From contig OZ218778.1 in the NCBI GenBank assembly GCA_965112635.1, positions 2,240,001 through 2,304,000 of the forward strand: a DNA stretch of 64,000 nt, read 5' to 3'. The translations under genes and the position numbers were made by a program. Position 1 is the stretch's first letter; each line of letters opens with the position of its first letter. Below are positions 10,208 to 20,306 of the stretch, in pieces. The notes under the pieces were generated by a model that was not told where the DNA came from, searched no databases, and saw only the letters and a program-made list of their open reading frames with translations. This stretch comes from an uncultured bacterium. Lineage in GTDB: Bacteria; Oederibacteriota; Oederibacteriia; Oederibacteriales; Oederibacteriaceae.

Positions 10208-10299
10208 CCCCAATGGCACTGGGTCAAGGCCGTTCCCTGGATGAAAAGATTTTTGGTGGTAAACTAAACAAGGTTATTTAACTCAACAAAGGAGGAATC

Positions 10300-10719
10300 A
10301 TGATGAATTTACTGAAACTAAAATTTTTGGGTAAGTTCAAGGATTTTGGACTGTTGGCGATGAGGCTGGGGGTCGGCGGGATGTTCGTGTTTGTGCACGG
10401 CGCACCCAAAGTCATGGGAGGACCGGACCTGTGGGTCAAGATCGGCGGAGCCATGGGGAACCTAGGCGTCAGTTTTGCCCCGACTTTCTGGGGATTCATG
10501 AGCGCCATGGCTGAATTTTGCGGGGCCATCCTGATCGTCCTGGGGTTTATGACACGGCCCGCTGCGGCAATCCTGTGTTTCAATATGATCGTGGCCATGA
10601 CCATGCACTTCGCCATGCACCAGGGCATTGATGTGGCCTCGCACGCCATTGAGGTTTTTTTCGTTTTCGCTTGCCTTTTGTTCACGGGGCCAGGCAAATA
10701 CAGCATCGACCGGGATTAA
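10300..10719 (+). CDS. DoxX family membrane protein, copy 1
   Basis: RLGVG.MF..HG.PK, AEF.G...LG..TR.AA, GPGKYSID. Confidence 0.92.
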   Translation: MMNLLKLKFLGKFKDFGLLAMRLGVGGMFVFVHGAPKVMGGPDLWVKIGGAMGNLGVSFAPTFWGFMSAMAEFCGAILIVLGFMTRPAAAILCFNMIVAMTMHFAMHQGIDVASHAIEVFFVFACLLFTGPGKYSIDRD

Positions 10720-10743
10720 ACAAGCTCTTCCAAGCGACCTAAA

Positions 10744-11571
10744 ATGGCCAAAGAACTTCCCCTCATCCTGGGGGGACACAGCTTTATCCAGCAATTGGGA
10801 AACGACCCGCCGGCTTCTCCCAAAGAGCAGTGCGAGATTGTGGCAGAATGTTTGGACAGTGGAGTTGTCTGGTTCGACGTGACATACCAGCCCGAGCGCC
10901 TGGCTCTGGGCAGAGCGCTTCACAAATTGGGACGCCACAAAGAAGCGCGCATCATTGCTTGGAATTTTTTCCACGGGTTTGAGGCCGGCGAGGAAGTGGG
11001 CGGGCCGGTTTATTATCAACCCAGTCATCTCCACCTCATGCTCAAGCAACTGCGCACCGACCATATCGACGCCCTCGTGGTCCATCCGCTCAAAGACGCA
11101 AGGCGCAACGAAAGCCAGCTCAAACTGGCCCGGGCCTGGCAAAAACAGGGAGCCGTGGGAACTCTCGGGCTTTGGGGACCGGAACGCAATGTCGATAAGC
11201 TTTATACTTTGGGTAATCCTTATGCTTTTATGGTCAAACCTTACAATGTCACGACCAAGGATTCGCCGGTTATATTCGAAAAGTGCAGGATGCTGGCCTG
11301 GTTGAACTTTGCCTGTTCTCCTTTTGTGCGCGGCTGGGAACTGGACAGCCTTGTGAAAAGGGCGATGAAAAAGGACAAGGCCGGCGAAAAAGAAATCCGG
11401 CAAAAAATCGCCGACCACATGCTGAGATACTCGCTGTTCCAGCCCTATGTGGACAAGCTCATCGTGGCCATGCGCAAAAAGCAATGGATCAAGAAGAACA
11501 TCCAAAGTTATTGGAAGGGCAAGCTCGCCTCACCGGAAAACCGCTGGCTGATGGGCCTGGTCGGCCGATAA
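10744..11571 (+). CDS. Aldo/keto reductase-like protein
   Basis: LILGG, GVVWFDVTY..E..LGRAL, LKQLRTDHIDALVVH. Confidence 0.7.
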   Translation: MAKELPLILGGHSFIQQLGNDPPASPKEQCEIVAECLDSGVVWFDVTYQPERLALGRALHKLGRHKEARIIAWNFFHGFEAGEEVGGPVYYQPSHLHLMLKQLRTDHIDALVVHPLKDARRNESQLKLARAWQKQGAVGTLGLWGPERNVDKLYTLGNPYAFMVKPYNVTTKDSPVIFEKCRMLAWLNFACSPFVRGWELDSLVKRAMKKDKAGEKEIRQKIADHMLRYSLFQPYVDKLIVAMRKKQWIKKNIQSYWKGKLASPENRWLMGLVGR

Positions 11572-11585
11572 AAAGGGGGAATATT

Positions 11586-12638
11586 GTGATAAGACCGCTC
11601 TTAATTTTCGTGCCTTTGCTAATGGTTGCCTTTGCCAGCGTGGCGCAAGCTGGAGGTGGCCGGTCCAATCTGCGGGATTACGCCCAAAAAAGGAATTTTC
11701 TGATCGGAACCTGCGTGGACATGAGAGCCTTTTACAAGGACGCCGCCTACACTGCCATTTTAGCCCGGGAATTCAACGCTCTGGTGGCCGAGAATGCTTT
11801 TAAACAAAAAGCCGTCTGGACGGGGCCACATACTTACAATTTCAAGGATACGGATGCCTTGGTTGATTTTGCCCAAAAGCACAAGATGAAGATAAGGGGG
11901 CATTGCCTGGTCTGGCATCACGAAGTGCCCCAGTGGCTCAAGGAAGGCCATTATTCGGGTAAAGAGGTCAACGACCTGCTCAAGGATTACATCACGGCCT
12001 TTGTTTCCCGCTACAAGGGCAAAGTGGACCAGTGGGACGTGGTCAATGAGGCTATTGACGATAAAACTTTCGGGCTGAGGCTGGACTCTTTTTGGTTCCA
12101 AAAACTCGGTCCGGAATATCTCAGCCTCGCTTTCCAGTGGGCGCATAAGGCCGACCCCAAGGCCAAGCTCTACTATAACGAGTACAGTGCCGAAGATATG
12201 GGAAAAAAATCCGAGACTGTTTACGGATTGCTGGCGGACCTCATGAAAAATAAGATCCCGGTCTCAGGAGTGGGTTGGCAGTGCCATATACTGGAGCAAG
12301 GCTGGCGCACCAGCGAAGATATGACTAAAAATGCCAAGAGGCTGGGGAAACTGGGACTGGAAATCATGGTCACGGAATTGGATGTGTCTATCAAGCTTCC
12401 CACCACCAAGGAGAAATTACTGGAACAGGCCCAGTGCTACAGGGATATGATGGATTTTTGCCTTAAAACGCCCCAGGTCAAAGGCCTGCTGATGTGGGGG
12501 TTCACCGACGCCCATTCCTGGATACCAAGTTTTCAACCCGGCAAGGGAGACGCGCTCATTTTCGACAAGGATTACCAGCCCAAGCCTGCCTACCAGGCCA
12601 TGCTGGAAGAACTAGCCAAGGGGAAGAACAAAAAATAA
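11586..12638 (+). CDS. Endo-1,4-beta-xylanase, GH10, secreted
   Basis: GTG start after GGGGG; signal peptide; AENAFK, RGHCLVWH, WDVVNE (acid/base), YYNEY, GWQCH, VTELDV (nucleophile), WGFTDAHSW. Confidence 0.93.
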   Translation: MIRPLLIFVPLLMVAFASVAQAGGGRSNLRDYAQKRNFLIGTCVDMRAFYKDAAYTAILAREFNALVAENAFKQKAVWTGPHTYNFKDTDALVDFAQKHKMKIRGHCLVWHHEVPQWLKEGHYSGKEVNDLLKDYITAFVSRYKGKVDQWDVVNEAIDDKTFGLRLDSFWFQKLGPEYLSLAFQWAHKADPKAKLYYNEYSAEDMGKKSETVYGLLADLMKNKIPVSGVGWQCHILEQGWRTSEDMTKNAKRLGKLGLEIMVTELDVSIKLPTTKEKLLEQAQCYRDMMDFCLKTPQVKGLLMWGFTDAHSWIPSFQPGKGDALIFDKDYQPKPAYQAMLEELAKGKNKK

Positions 12639-12655
12639 GAAGGAGGGAAACGGAC

Positions 12656-13156
12656 ATGGCTGTATGCAGTTACTGCGGAACAACGATACTTTTCGGCGGG
12701 ATACGCAAAGATGAATATACATTCTGCAGCGCCAAATGCGCCAAGAACGGCGCTCCTCTGGTCCTGGCTAAGGATGTGCCGCTGGCCGTAGCGGAAAAGA
12801 CCGCGAGGGAGATCTTCTTTGGCACCTGCCCCAGATGCCACGGGAACGGGCCCGTGGATGTCCACAACTCCTACGAGGTATCCTCGTTCATTTTTGTCAC
12901 GAACTCCAAAAGCACTCCGCATGTGTGCTGCCGTTCCTGCGGGAATAAATTCCGTATCAAAGGGCTCATTTATTCTCTGTTCCTGGGCTGGTGGGGAGTG
13001 CCCTGGGGAGTGGTCATGACACCCCTCCAGATCGTGAGGAACCTGACCGGACTCCTGCACCCGGCGGACAACAACACTCCGTCCGCGGACCTCATCCGGA
13101 TAGTCCGCATCGGTTTAGCGTCCCAATCTCTGGCGGACACAAAAAAACCTTCCTAG
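12656..13156 (+). CDS. Cys-rich (TRASH/zinc-ribbon-like) membrane protein, copy 2
   Basis: 166 aa, about 65% identical by hand alignment to 9707..10207; RBS AAGGAGG. Confidence 0.82.
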   Translation: MAVCSYCGTTILFGGIRKDEYTFCSAKCAKNGAPLVLAKDVPLAVAEKTAREIFFGTCPRCHGNGPVDVHNSYEVSSFIFVTNSKSTPHVCCRSCGNKFRIKGLIYSLFLGWWGVPWGVVMTPLQIVRNLTGLLHPADNNTPSADLIRIVRIGLASQSLADTKKPS

Positions 13157-13162
13157 TCCTAA

Positions 13163-13756
13163 TTACTCATAGTGATGGGTTGTTTTGGTCCAGGCATAAC
13201 CCAGGCCGAGGCGGAATTCAACGGTAAAAGAATTAACACCTCCTGGGAATGAGTAGTTGGACTGGATATTTTGATTGCCGGCTGAAATCATGAGCAGGTC
13301 AATGCTCCATTGATGGTCAAATATCCATTGATATCCTAATCCTGACGCGAAAGCTGAAATGGTGTCATTTTTTGTCCCTAAATTATCCGCATGAATATTA
13401 ATATCCTGGTAAAGATAACAAAGTAAGAGATAAAACCCATTGGGGGCGTTTTGATAGGTATACATTTTGAAGCCCCCGGTGATCCCGTCAGAAGTTAAAC
13501 CGCATCTATCAGCGCTGGCATTCCAATAATTCCCTTTGACCATGAAAGAAAAATAATTATTAAAATACTTTTCGTACTGGAGGTCCAAGATGGGATAGAT
13601 GGTCTCTGTAGAGTTAAAAGGAGTGTCGAATGTTTTGGGCACGAAATTCAACGTAGCGATCTGGTCCTCATGGACCTGTTCCACCCAATCAGCACAGGAG
13701 CAGGAAGCTGAATAAAGCAAGGCAACAAAGGTGATAATGGAAAAAAATATTTTCAT
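13163..13756 (-). CDS. Hypothetical small outer-membrane beta-barrel (DUF3575-like)
   Basis: Signal peptide; LQYEKY, APNGFY, GLGYQWIF, FRLGLGYAW; ATGA overlap with upstream gene. Confidence 0.6.
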   Translation of the reverse strand: MKIFFSIITFVALLYSASCSCADWVEQVHEDQIATLNFVPKTFDTPFNSTETIYPILDLQYEKYFNNYFSFMVKGNYWNASADRCGLTSDGITGGFKMYTYQNAPNGFYLLLCYLYQDINIHADNLGTKNDTISAFASGLGYQWIFDHQWSIDLLMISAGNQNIQSNYSFPGGVNSFTVEFRLGLGYAWTKTTHHYE

Positions 13757-14889
13757 TTTTTGAGGTCTTTGGCCGAAGGGTAGGGACGGCAATCAGGATA
13801 GGAGGACGGGTTAAGATAGGTCTTAAAGGTAATAGCCCAGAGGCCTCCTAGAACAAATGCTACAAGACCACTGCTGGCGTCTTGATGGTTTTTGCCCATG
13901 ACCGCGTATATCCCATAACTAAGCCCAAGCCCGATAGCAAAATAGGGACCAAGATCATAGGCATTTTTTTCTCTCATCCACTGGCATTCTTCACGGGTAT
14001 GGTATTCCTTACCTAGTTCCAGGGATGGCTGCTTGTTGGGGGAGACGTTAGCCTGGTTCTGCTGGGCTGGCTCACTGCCTCCTGTAAATTCTGCGGGTGG
14101 CTTGGAGCAGTCAGGCGCGTAGGTAGATGCCCACCATCCACCCAAAAACTCGCCGATGGTCCCGCCCAGGAGAGCAGTGATGAGGGGTGTAAAATTATAT
14201 TCATCAGGAGCGCTTTTGGGGGAAGCATAATAACCAATAGCTCCTCCCAGGAGCATTCCTCCGATCAGGCCGAGCATGGTACCTCCGAAGATGATATTTT
14301 GTCGGGTATTCAGGCAATCTTTATAACTGGTGAAACGTGGGCCGCTCACAGTTTTAGGGTTTTCAAAATCGTTAGGATGGGCAGCCTTTTCTTTTTGATA
14401 TAGTTCCTCGGTTGTGGGCAAACAATCGCAGGTTGGAATTTTTGAAGGATAGAGCCATTGGGAGATAAAGTAACCGCTGACGCCGCCAACCAGCATGGCG
14501 ACCTGAGGTGTCCAGTTGAAATTAGCACTTTCCGAAAGGGAATCGGAGCTGTTGGCTGGGGATAAAAATACCCCTCCGAGACCGCCCAGCGTCGCACCGA
14601 TACCAACTCCCAGCAGCGTTTCATATCCTGTATCATTGGCGACTAGATATACCCTTTCTTTCTCACATTCCTCTCGTGTTTTAAAACCGCTCCAGTAAGC
14701 CAGAGCGTCCTTTTTTACATCACCAGGATTTTTGGGATTAATGTTCAAGTTATGATCAGCAAAAGCATAAAAATTAAGGTCATGGGAGCTGTTGGCATAA
14801 ACCAAGCCAGGTAAAATGAGGGTACCAATAATAGTGAAAATTAAAAAAATGGATAGTGGTTTTTGGAGGTTTTTAAATACGTAAATCAT
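13753..14889 (-). CDS. Hypothetical exported protein with three Cys-flanked glycine-zipper hairpin repeats
   Basis: Start reassigned to MIYVFK (the track extension is antisense to DoxX); signal peptide ending VYA; three repeats of C-x3-R...Gly-rich TM pair...P-[TD]-C-x3-P. Confidence 0.7.
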   Translation of the reverse strand: MIYVFKNLQKPLSIFLIFTIIGTLILPGLVYANSSHDLNFYAFADHNLNINPKNPGDVKKDALAYWSGFKTREECEKERVYLVANDTGYETLLGVGIGATLGGLGGVFLSPANSSDSLSESANFNWTPQVAMLVGGVSGYFISQWLYPSKIPTCDCLPTTEELYQKEKAAHPNDFENPKTVSGPRFTSYKDCLNTRQNIIFGGTMLGLIGGMLLGGAIGYYASPKSAPDEYNFTPLITALLGGTIGEFLGGWWASTYAPDCSKPPAEFTGGSEPAQQNQANVSPNKQPSLELGKEYHTREECQWMREKNAYDLGPYFAIGLGLSYGIYAVMGKNHQDASSGLVAFVLGGLWAITFKTYLNPSSYPDCRPYPSAKDLKK

Positions 14890-15052
14890 AAAAATGATGA
14901 TACCCTCAACTGGGAAAAAAGCAAAACTGTAGCGGATAGGAAAAAGTGGATTAGGCACAATTTTACGGTTTTTATTATGACCTTTGGCATGGTCTGCTTT
15001 TGGATTAGTGCTAAAATAATCATAAAATAATTCGAATAGGGGAGGGAAAAGC

Positions 15053-15472
15053 ATGATGAATTTGATAAAACTGAAATTTTTAGGGAAGTTCAAAGACCTG
15101 GGGCTGCTGATAACGCGCCTGGGAGTCGGCATCATGTTCGTTTTTGTCCATGGCGGCCCAAAAATGATGGCCGGGCCCGACATGTGGGTGAAATTGGGCG
15201 GAGCCATGGGGAACCTCGGCGTCACCTTTGCGCCGACCTTCTGGGGATTTATGAGCGCGTTCGCGGAGTTCGGCGGAGGCATCCTGCTGATACTCGGGTT
15301 TATGACCCGTCCGGCTTGCGCCCTGCTTTGCTTTAACATGGTCGTGGCCATGATGATGCACTACGCCATGCACGATACCATGGCCACTGCTTCGCATGCC
15401 ATTGAGGTGTTTTTTGTTTTTGCCGGCCTTTTGTTCGTCGGCCCGGGCAAATACAGCATTGATAAAGAATAA
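15053..15472 (+). CDS. DoxX family membrane protein, copy 2
   Basis: 139 aa, about 78% identical by hand count to 10300..10719. Confidence 0.92.
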   Translation: MMNLIKLKFLGKFKDLGLLITRLGVGIMFVFVHGGPKMMAGPDMWVKLGGAMGNLGVTFAPTFWGFMSAFAEFGGGILLILGFMTRPACALLCFNMVVAMMMHYAMHDTMATASHAIEVFFVFAGLLFVGPGKYSIDKE

Positions 15473-15486
15473 ATCAGAACGGAATT

Positions 15487-15516
15487 TGTAGGGGCGTATT
15501 GCAATACGCCCCTACA
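15487..15516. repeat. Perfect 30-bp palindrome, GTAG-type REP-like element / bidirectional terminator
   Basis: TGTAGGGGCGTATTG|CAATACGCCCCTACA between convergent DoxX and GH3 genes. Confidence 0.75.
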
Positions 15517-15524
15517 TTTACTTT

Positions 15525-17849
15525 TTAGCTGACCGTTACCTTGGAAAAGAAAACAGTTCTTTCAGGAACAAATTTTATTTTACCGACCGCATTGACCCTA
15601 CCCTTTAGGCGAATGTCCGCCGAGGAACTGCCCACCATGACTTTGAAATACCCTGGCTCCACCACCAGTTCCATATTCCTATCCAAAAATGCCATCTGCT
15701 CTAGCGCTAATTCAAAAGTCACTTTTTTCTTCTGTCCCGCTTTGAGATGGATACGTTGGAAACCTTTTAATTCCATATTGGGCCGGGCGAGAGAGGACGC
15801 TTCGTCGGTCAGATATAGCTGGACTACTTCGTCTCCTGCGACCTTGCCCGTATTTTTGAGCGTGAAACTGATCTTGACCACGCCCGAAGTCTGCACAGAC
15901 CGCGGAGTGATGGCCAGACCGCTGTATTCAAATTTGGTGTAGGACAGACCATGGCCAAAAGGGAAGAGAGGCTTCATGTCCATACTGATGTAATCCCCGA
16001 ACGAGGAAGACTTGCGGTTGTAGTTGATGGGGATCTGGCCCGCGTCCTTAGGAAAAGTGTGGGCTAGTTTGCCACCCGGGTTGTAGTCCCCGAAAATGGT
16101 GTCCGCCACGGCGTTGCCGCCCTCCTCGCCAGGATACCAGCACTCCAGGACCGCGTTGACCTTGTCGCGGAGGTATAAAGAGCCGATGGGACGGCCGTTG
16201 GTGAGCACACAGATGACGGGTTTGCCGGTGTCGACCAAAGCTTTGAGCAGGTCCTCCTGCGCGCCCATGAGACGGATGTTCTCGCGGTCGCAGCCTTCGC
16301 CGGATAAACCTTTGAAAAAGATACCGGAATAGTCTCCGATACAAGCTATCACGGCGTCGGCCTGGCGGGCCACCACCGCGGCCTGGGCCAATCCGCTCCG
16401 ATCCATGTCTTTACCGCCCTCGAACATATTGGCTGGAGTTTCAGGCCCGACGGCGGTCGTGACATTGTGCTTGCAGCCCTGGGCATAGAGCACCTGGACC
16501 TTTTTACCGCACTTATTCTTGATGCCTTCGAGGATGGAGACCATGCGGATAGAATCTTTTGGTGCGTTCCAGTGGGCCGTAATGTGGTAATCGCCGAAGA
16601 GGCAGCGGGTGGTATCAGCATTGGGGCCGACCACGGCGAGTTTCTTTATTTTTTTCATATCGAGGGGCAGGACGCCGTCGTTCTTTAAAAGGACAAAGGT
16701 CTTGCTGGCCAGCTCGCGGGCGAATTTGCGGTCCCAGGGAGTGTCAAAATTTTTGGCTGATTTTTTTTCATTTACGAAGGGGTTGTCAAAAAGGCCCAGC
16801 AAGTATTTCACCTTTAACATCCTGGAAACCGAGAGGTTGATGGTCTCGATGGAGATGAGCCCTTCTTTAAAGGCCTGCTTGAGAGGCTTGCCGTAGCAAT
16901 ACCGTTCGGGAAGCTCGATGTCCAAACCGGCCTCGAGGGCGGCCACAGCCGCTTCTTTAAGCGAACCCAGGGCTTTGTGGTGAGTATGCAACATAGGGAT
17001 GGCCATGTAATCCGAAACGATGATCCCTTTGAAACCCCATCGCTCGCGAAGGATTTCGGTCAAAAGCTCCCGGGAGGACGCACAGGGTATGCCGTCCACT
17101 TCGTGGTAGGCGTTCATCAGAGAATAGGTCTCGGCGAACCTGACCGCGACCTCAAAGGGAAATAGAAATTGTTCGTGGAATTCGCGCGGGGTCAGATGGG
17201 CTGGAGCAAGGTTCCTGCCGCCTTCAGACCAGCCGTGGCCGGCGAAATGTTTGACGGTGGCAATGACGCCTGACCGCAAGTCCTTGCCCTGCAGGCCCAT
17301 AATATAAGCTGCGCCCATAGCCGCGACCAGGTAGTGATCTTCGCTGAAAGTCTCCTCAGTGCGTCCCCATCGTGCATCGCGTTGGACATCGAGGACAGGG
17401 GCCAAACCCTGGTGGCCACCCATACCGCGGATTTGCCTCTTGATGATGCTGGTCATTTTTTCAATGGTGTCCGGGTCAAAGGTGCAGCCTAAGCCGATGG
17501 CCTGGGGAAACACCGAGGAACCGTAGCCCAGTGGGCCGGCCAGGCACTCCTCGTGGACCATAGCGGGAATCTTTAAGCGGGTCTTGGTCAGCAGGAATCT
17601 CTGGGCCTCATTGTTCACGCGCGCGGAGATCTTGTAGGCGTCCATATGTTCCGGACCAAAGGAACCGAAGGTCCTGGTCAGCTGGCCGATGCCGTGTTTC
17701 ATATATTTCATGGCCAACTTATTGGAGAACTTTCCTTTTTTATCCCGGATGTAGTCCGCCCTCGCCGAAGTGAGCTGGCTGATCTTTTCATCCAGGGACA
17801 TGCTTCCGAGCAGATCTTTGACCTTCTGGTCGATCAATACTTCTGACAT
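15525..17849 (-). CDS. Glycoside hydrolase family 3 (beta-glucosidase/xylosidase) with Fn3-like domain
   Basis: HEECLAG, RDARWGRTEETFSED, KHFAG, IVSDY, FPFGHGLSYT, GDEVVQLY, ELKGF. Confidence 0.95.
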   Translation of the reverse strand: MSEVLIDQKVKDLLGSMSLDEKISQLTSARADYIRDKKGKFSNKLAMKYMKHGIGQLTRTFGSFGPEHMDAYKISARVNNEAQRFLLTKTRLKIPAMVHEECLAGPLGYGSSVFPQAIGLGCTFDPDTIEKMTSIIKRQIRGMGGHQGLAPVLDVQRDARWGRTEETFSEDHYLVAAMGAAYIMGLQGKDLRSGVIATVKHFAGHGWSEGGRNLAPAHLTPREFHEQFLFPFEVAVRFAETYSLMNAYHEVDGIPCASSRELLTEILRERWGFKGIIVSDYMAIPMLHTHHKALGSLKEAAVAALEAGLDIELPERYCYGKPLKQAFKEGLISIETINLSVSRMLKVKYLLGLFDNPFVNEKKSAKNFDTPWDRKFARELASKTFVLLKNDGVLPLDMKKIKKLAVVGPNADTTRCLFGDYHITAHWNAPKDSIRMVSILEGIKNKCGKKVQVLYAQGCKHNVTTAVGPETPANMFEGGKDMDRSGLAQAAVVARQADAVIACIGDYSGIFFKGLSGEGCDRENIRLMGAQEDLLKALVDTGKPVICVLTNGRPIGSLYLRDKVNAVLECWYPGEEGGNAVADTIFGDYNPGGKLAHTFPKDAGQIPINYNRKSSSFGDYISMDMKPLFPFGHGLSYTKFEYSGLAITPRSVQTSGVVKISFTLKNTGKVAGDEVVQLYLTDEASSLARPNMELKGFQRIHLKAGQKKKVTFELALEQMAFLDRNMELVVEPGYFKVMVGSSSADIRLKGRVNAVGKIKFVPERTVFFSKVTVS

Positions 17850-17873
17850 TATTACCTCCATTTTCAAACTTTA

Positions 17874-19652
<1,779 letters not shown>

Positions 19653-19689
19653 TCATAACGCGGCTCTTTGGGGCGATCGGAAGGGTGAA

Positions 19690-20280
19690 GTGGAAAAGAA
19701 AACCTTGACCATACCAAACTTTATCACCATCATCAGAGTCCTGTTCATTCCCGTGAACCTCGTTTATCTGATCGAGGAAAATTATAAACTCGCTTTGATC
19801 TGTTTCTTGGTCGCTGCGTTTTCAGATTTTTTAGACGGTTTTTTGGCCAGGGCCTTGGACCAGAAGTCAAGCCTGGGGGGCTTTTTGGACCCCATGGCGG
19901 ACAAGCTTTTGGTTTCTGCGAATTTGGTGACTCTACTTTTTTATAAATTGGTGCCGGCCTGGTATGTTGTTTTTGTGTTCAGCCGGGACCTGTTCATTTT
20001 AATAGGTTTTGTGCTTTCATATATTTTTTATGGCACCGTTTATATTCTGCCCTCCATCCTTGGAAAAATCACTGTTTTTTGCCAGATGATTTCGATCCTT
20101 GCAATTTTATTGAACGCCTCGGGATTATTAGTTGTAACCCAAAGCTGGATGGCGGGCACAATCATCGTGGCTTTTGTGTTGACGATCATTTCAGGGCTGG
20201 ATTATCTATTTAGGTGGCTTATTCACCATAATAAGTCTACGCCGGAAATTACCACTGATATTCGAAAACTAAAAAAATAA
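19690..20280 (+). CDS. pgsA: CDP-alcohol phosphatidyltransferase (PgsA-like)
   Basis: TIPNFITIIR, SDFLDGFLAR...LGGFLDPMADK. Confidence 0.8.
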   Translation: MEKKTLTIPNFITIIRVLFIPVNLVYLIEENYKLALICFLVAAFSDFLDGFLARALDQKSSLGGFLDPMADKLLVSANLVTLLFYKLVPAWYVVFVFSRDLFILIGFVLSYIFYGTVYILPSILGKITVFCQMISILAILLNASGLLVVTQSWMAGTIIVAFVLTIISGLDYLFRWLIHHNKSTPEITTDIRKLKK

Positions 20281-20306
20281 TTTAAAAATAATAAATTGGC
20301 GGACTA

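Noticed and set aside
10205-10226. TGACCC-N10-GGGTCA upstream of DoxX 1 (loosely similar TGACC..TGGCA..GGTC near 14978) as shared operator or sigma54 promoter
   Set aside because: Spacing differs between the two copies and the GG-N10-GC rule is not met; too short to support
14890-15351. N-terminal extension of the 532-aa ORF (also those of 11283.., 12494.. and ..50048)
   Set aside because: Extensions overlap other genes or a tRNA; better starts with RBS or signal peptides lie downstream
1878-17870. Accessory genes as an integron cassette array
   Set aside because: No attC-like repeats noticed in intergenic gaps, orientations are mixed, and there is no integron integrase
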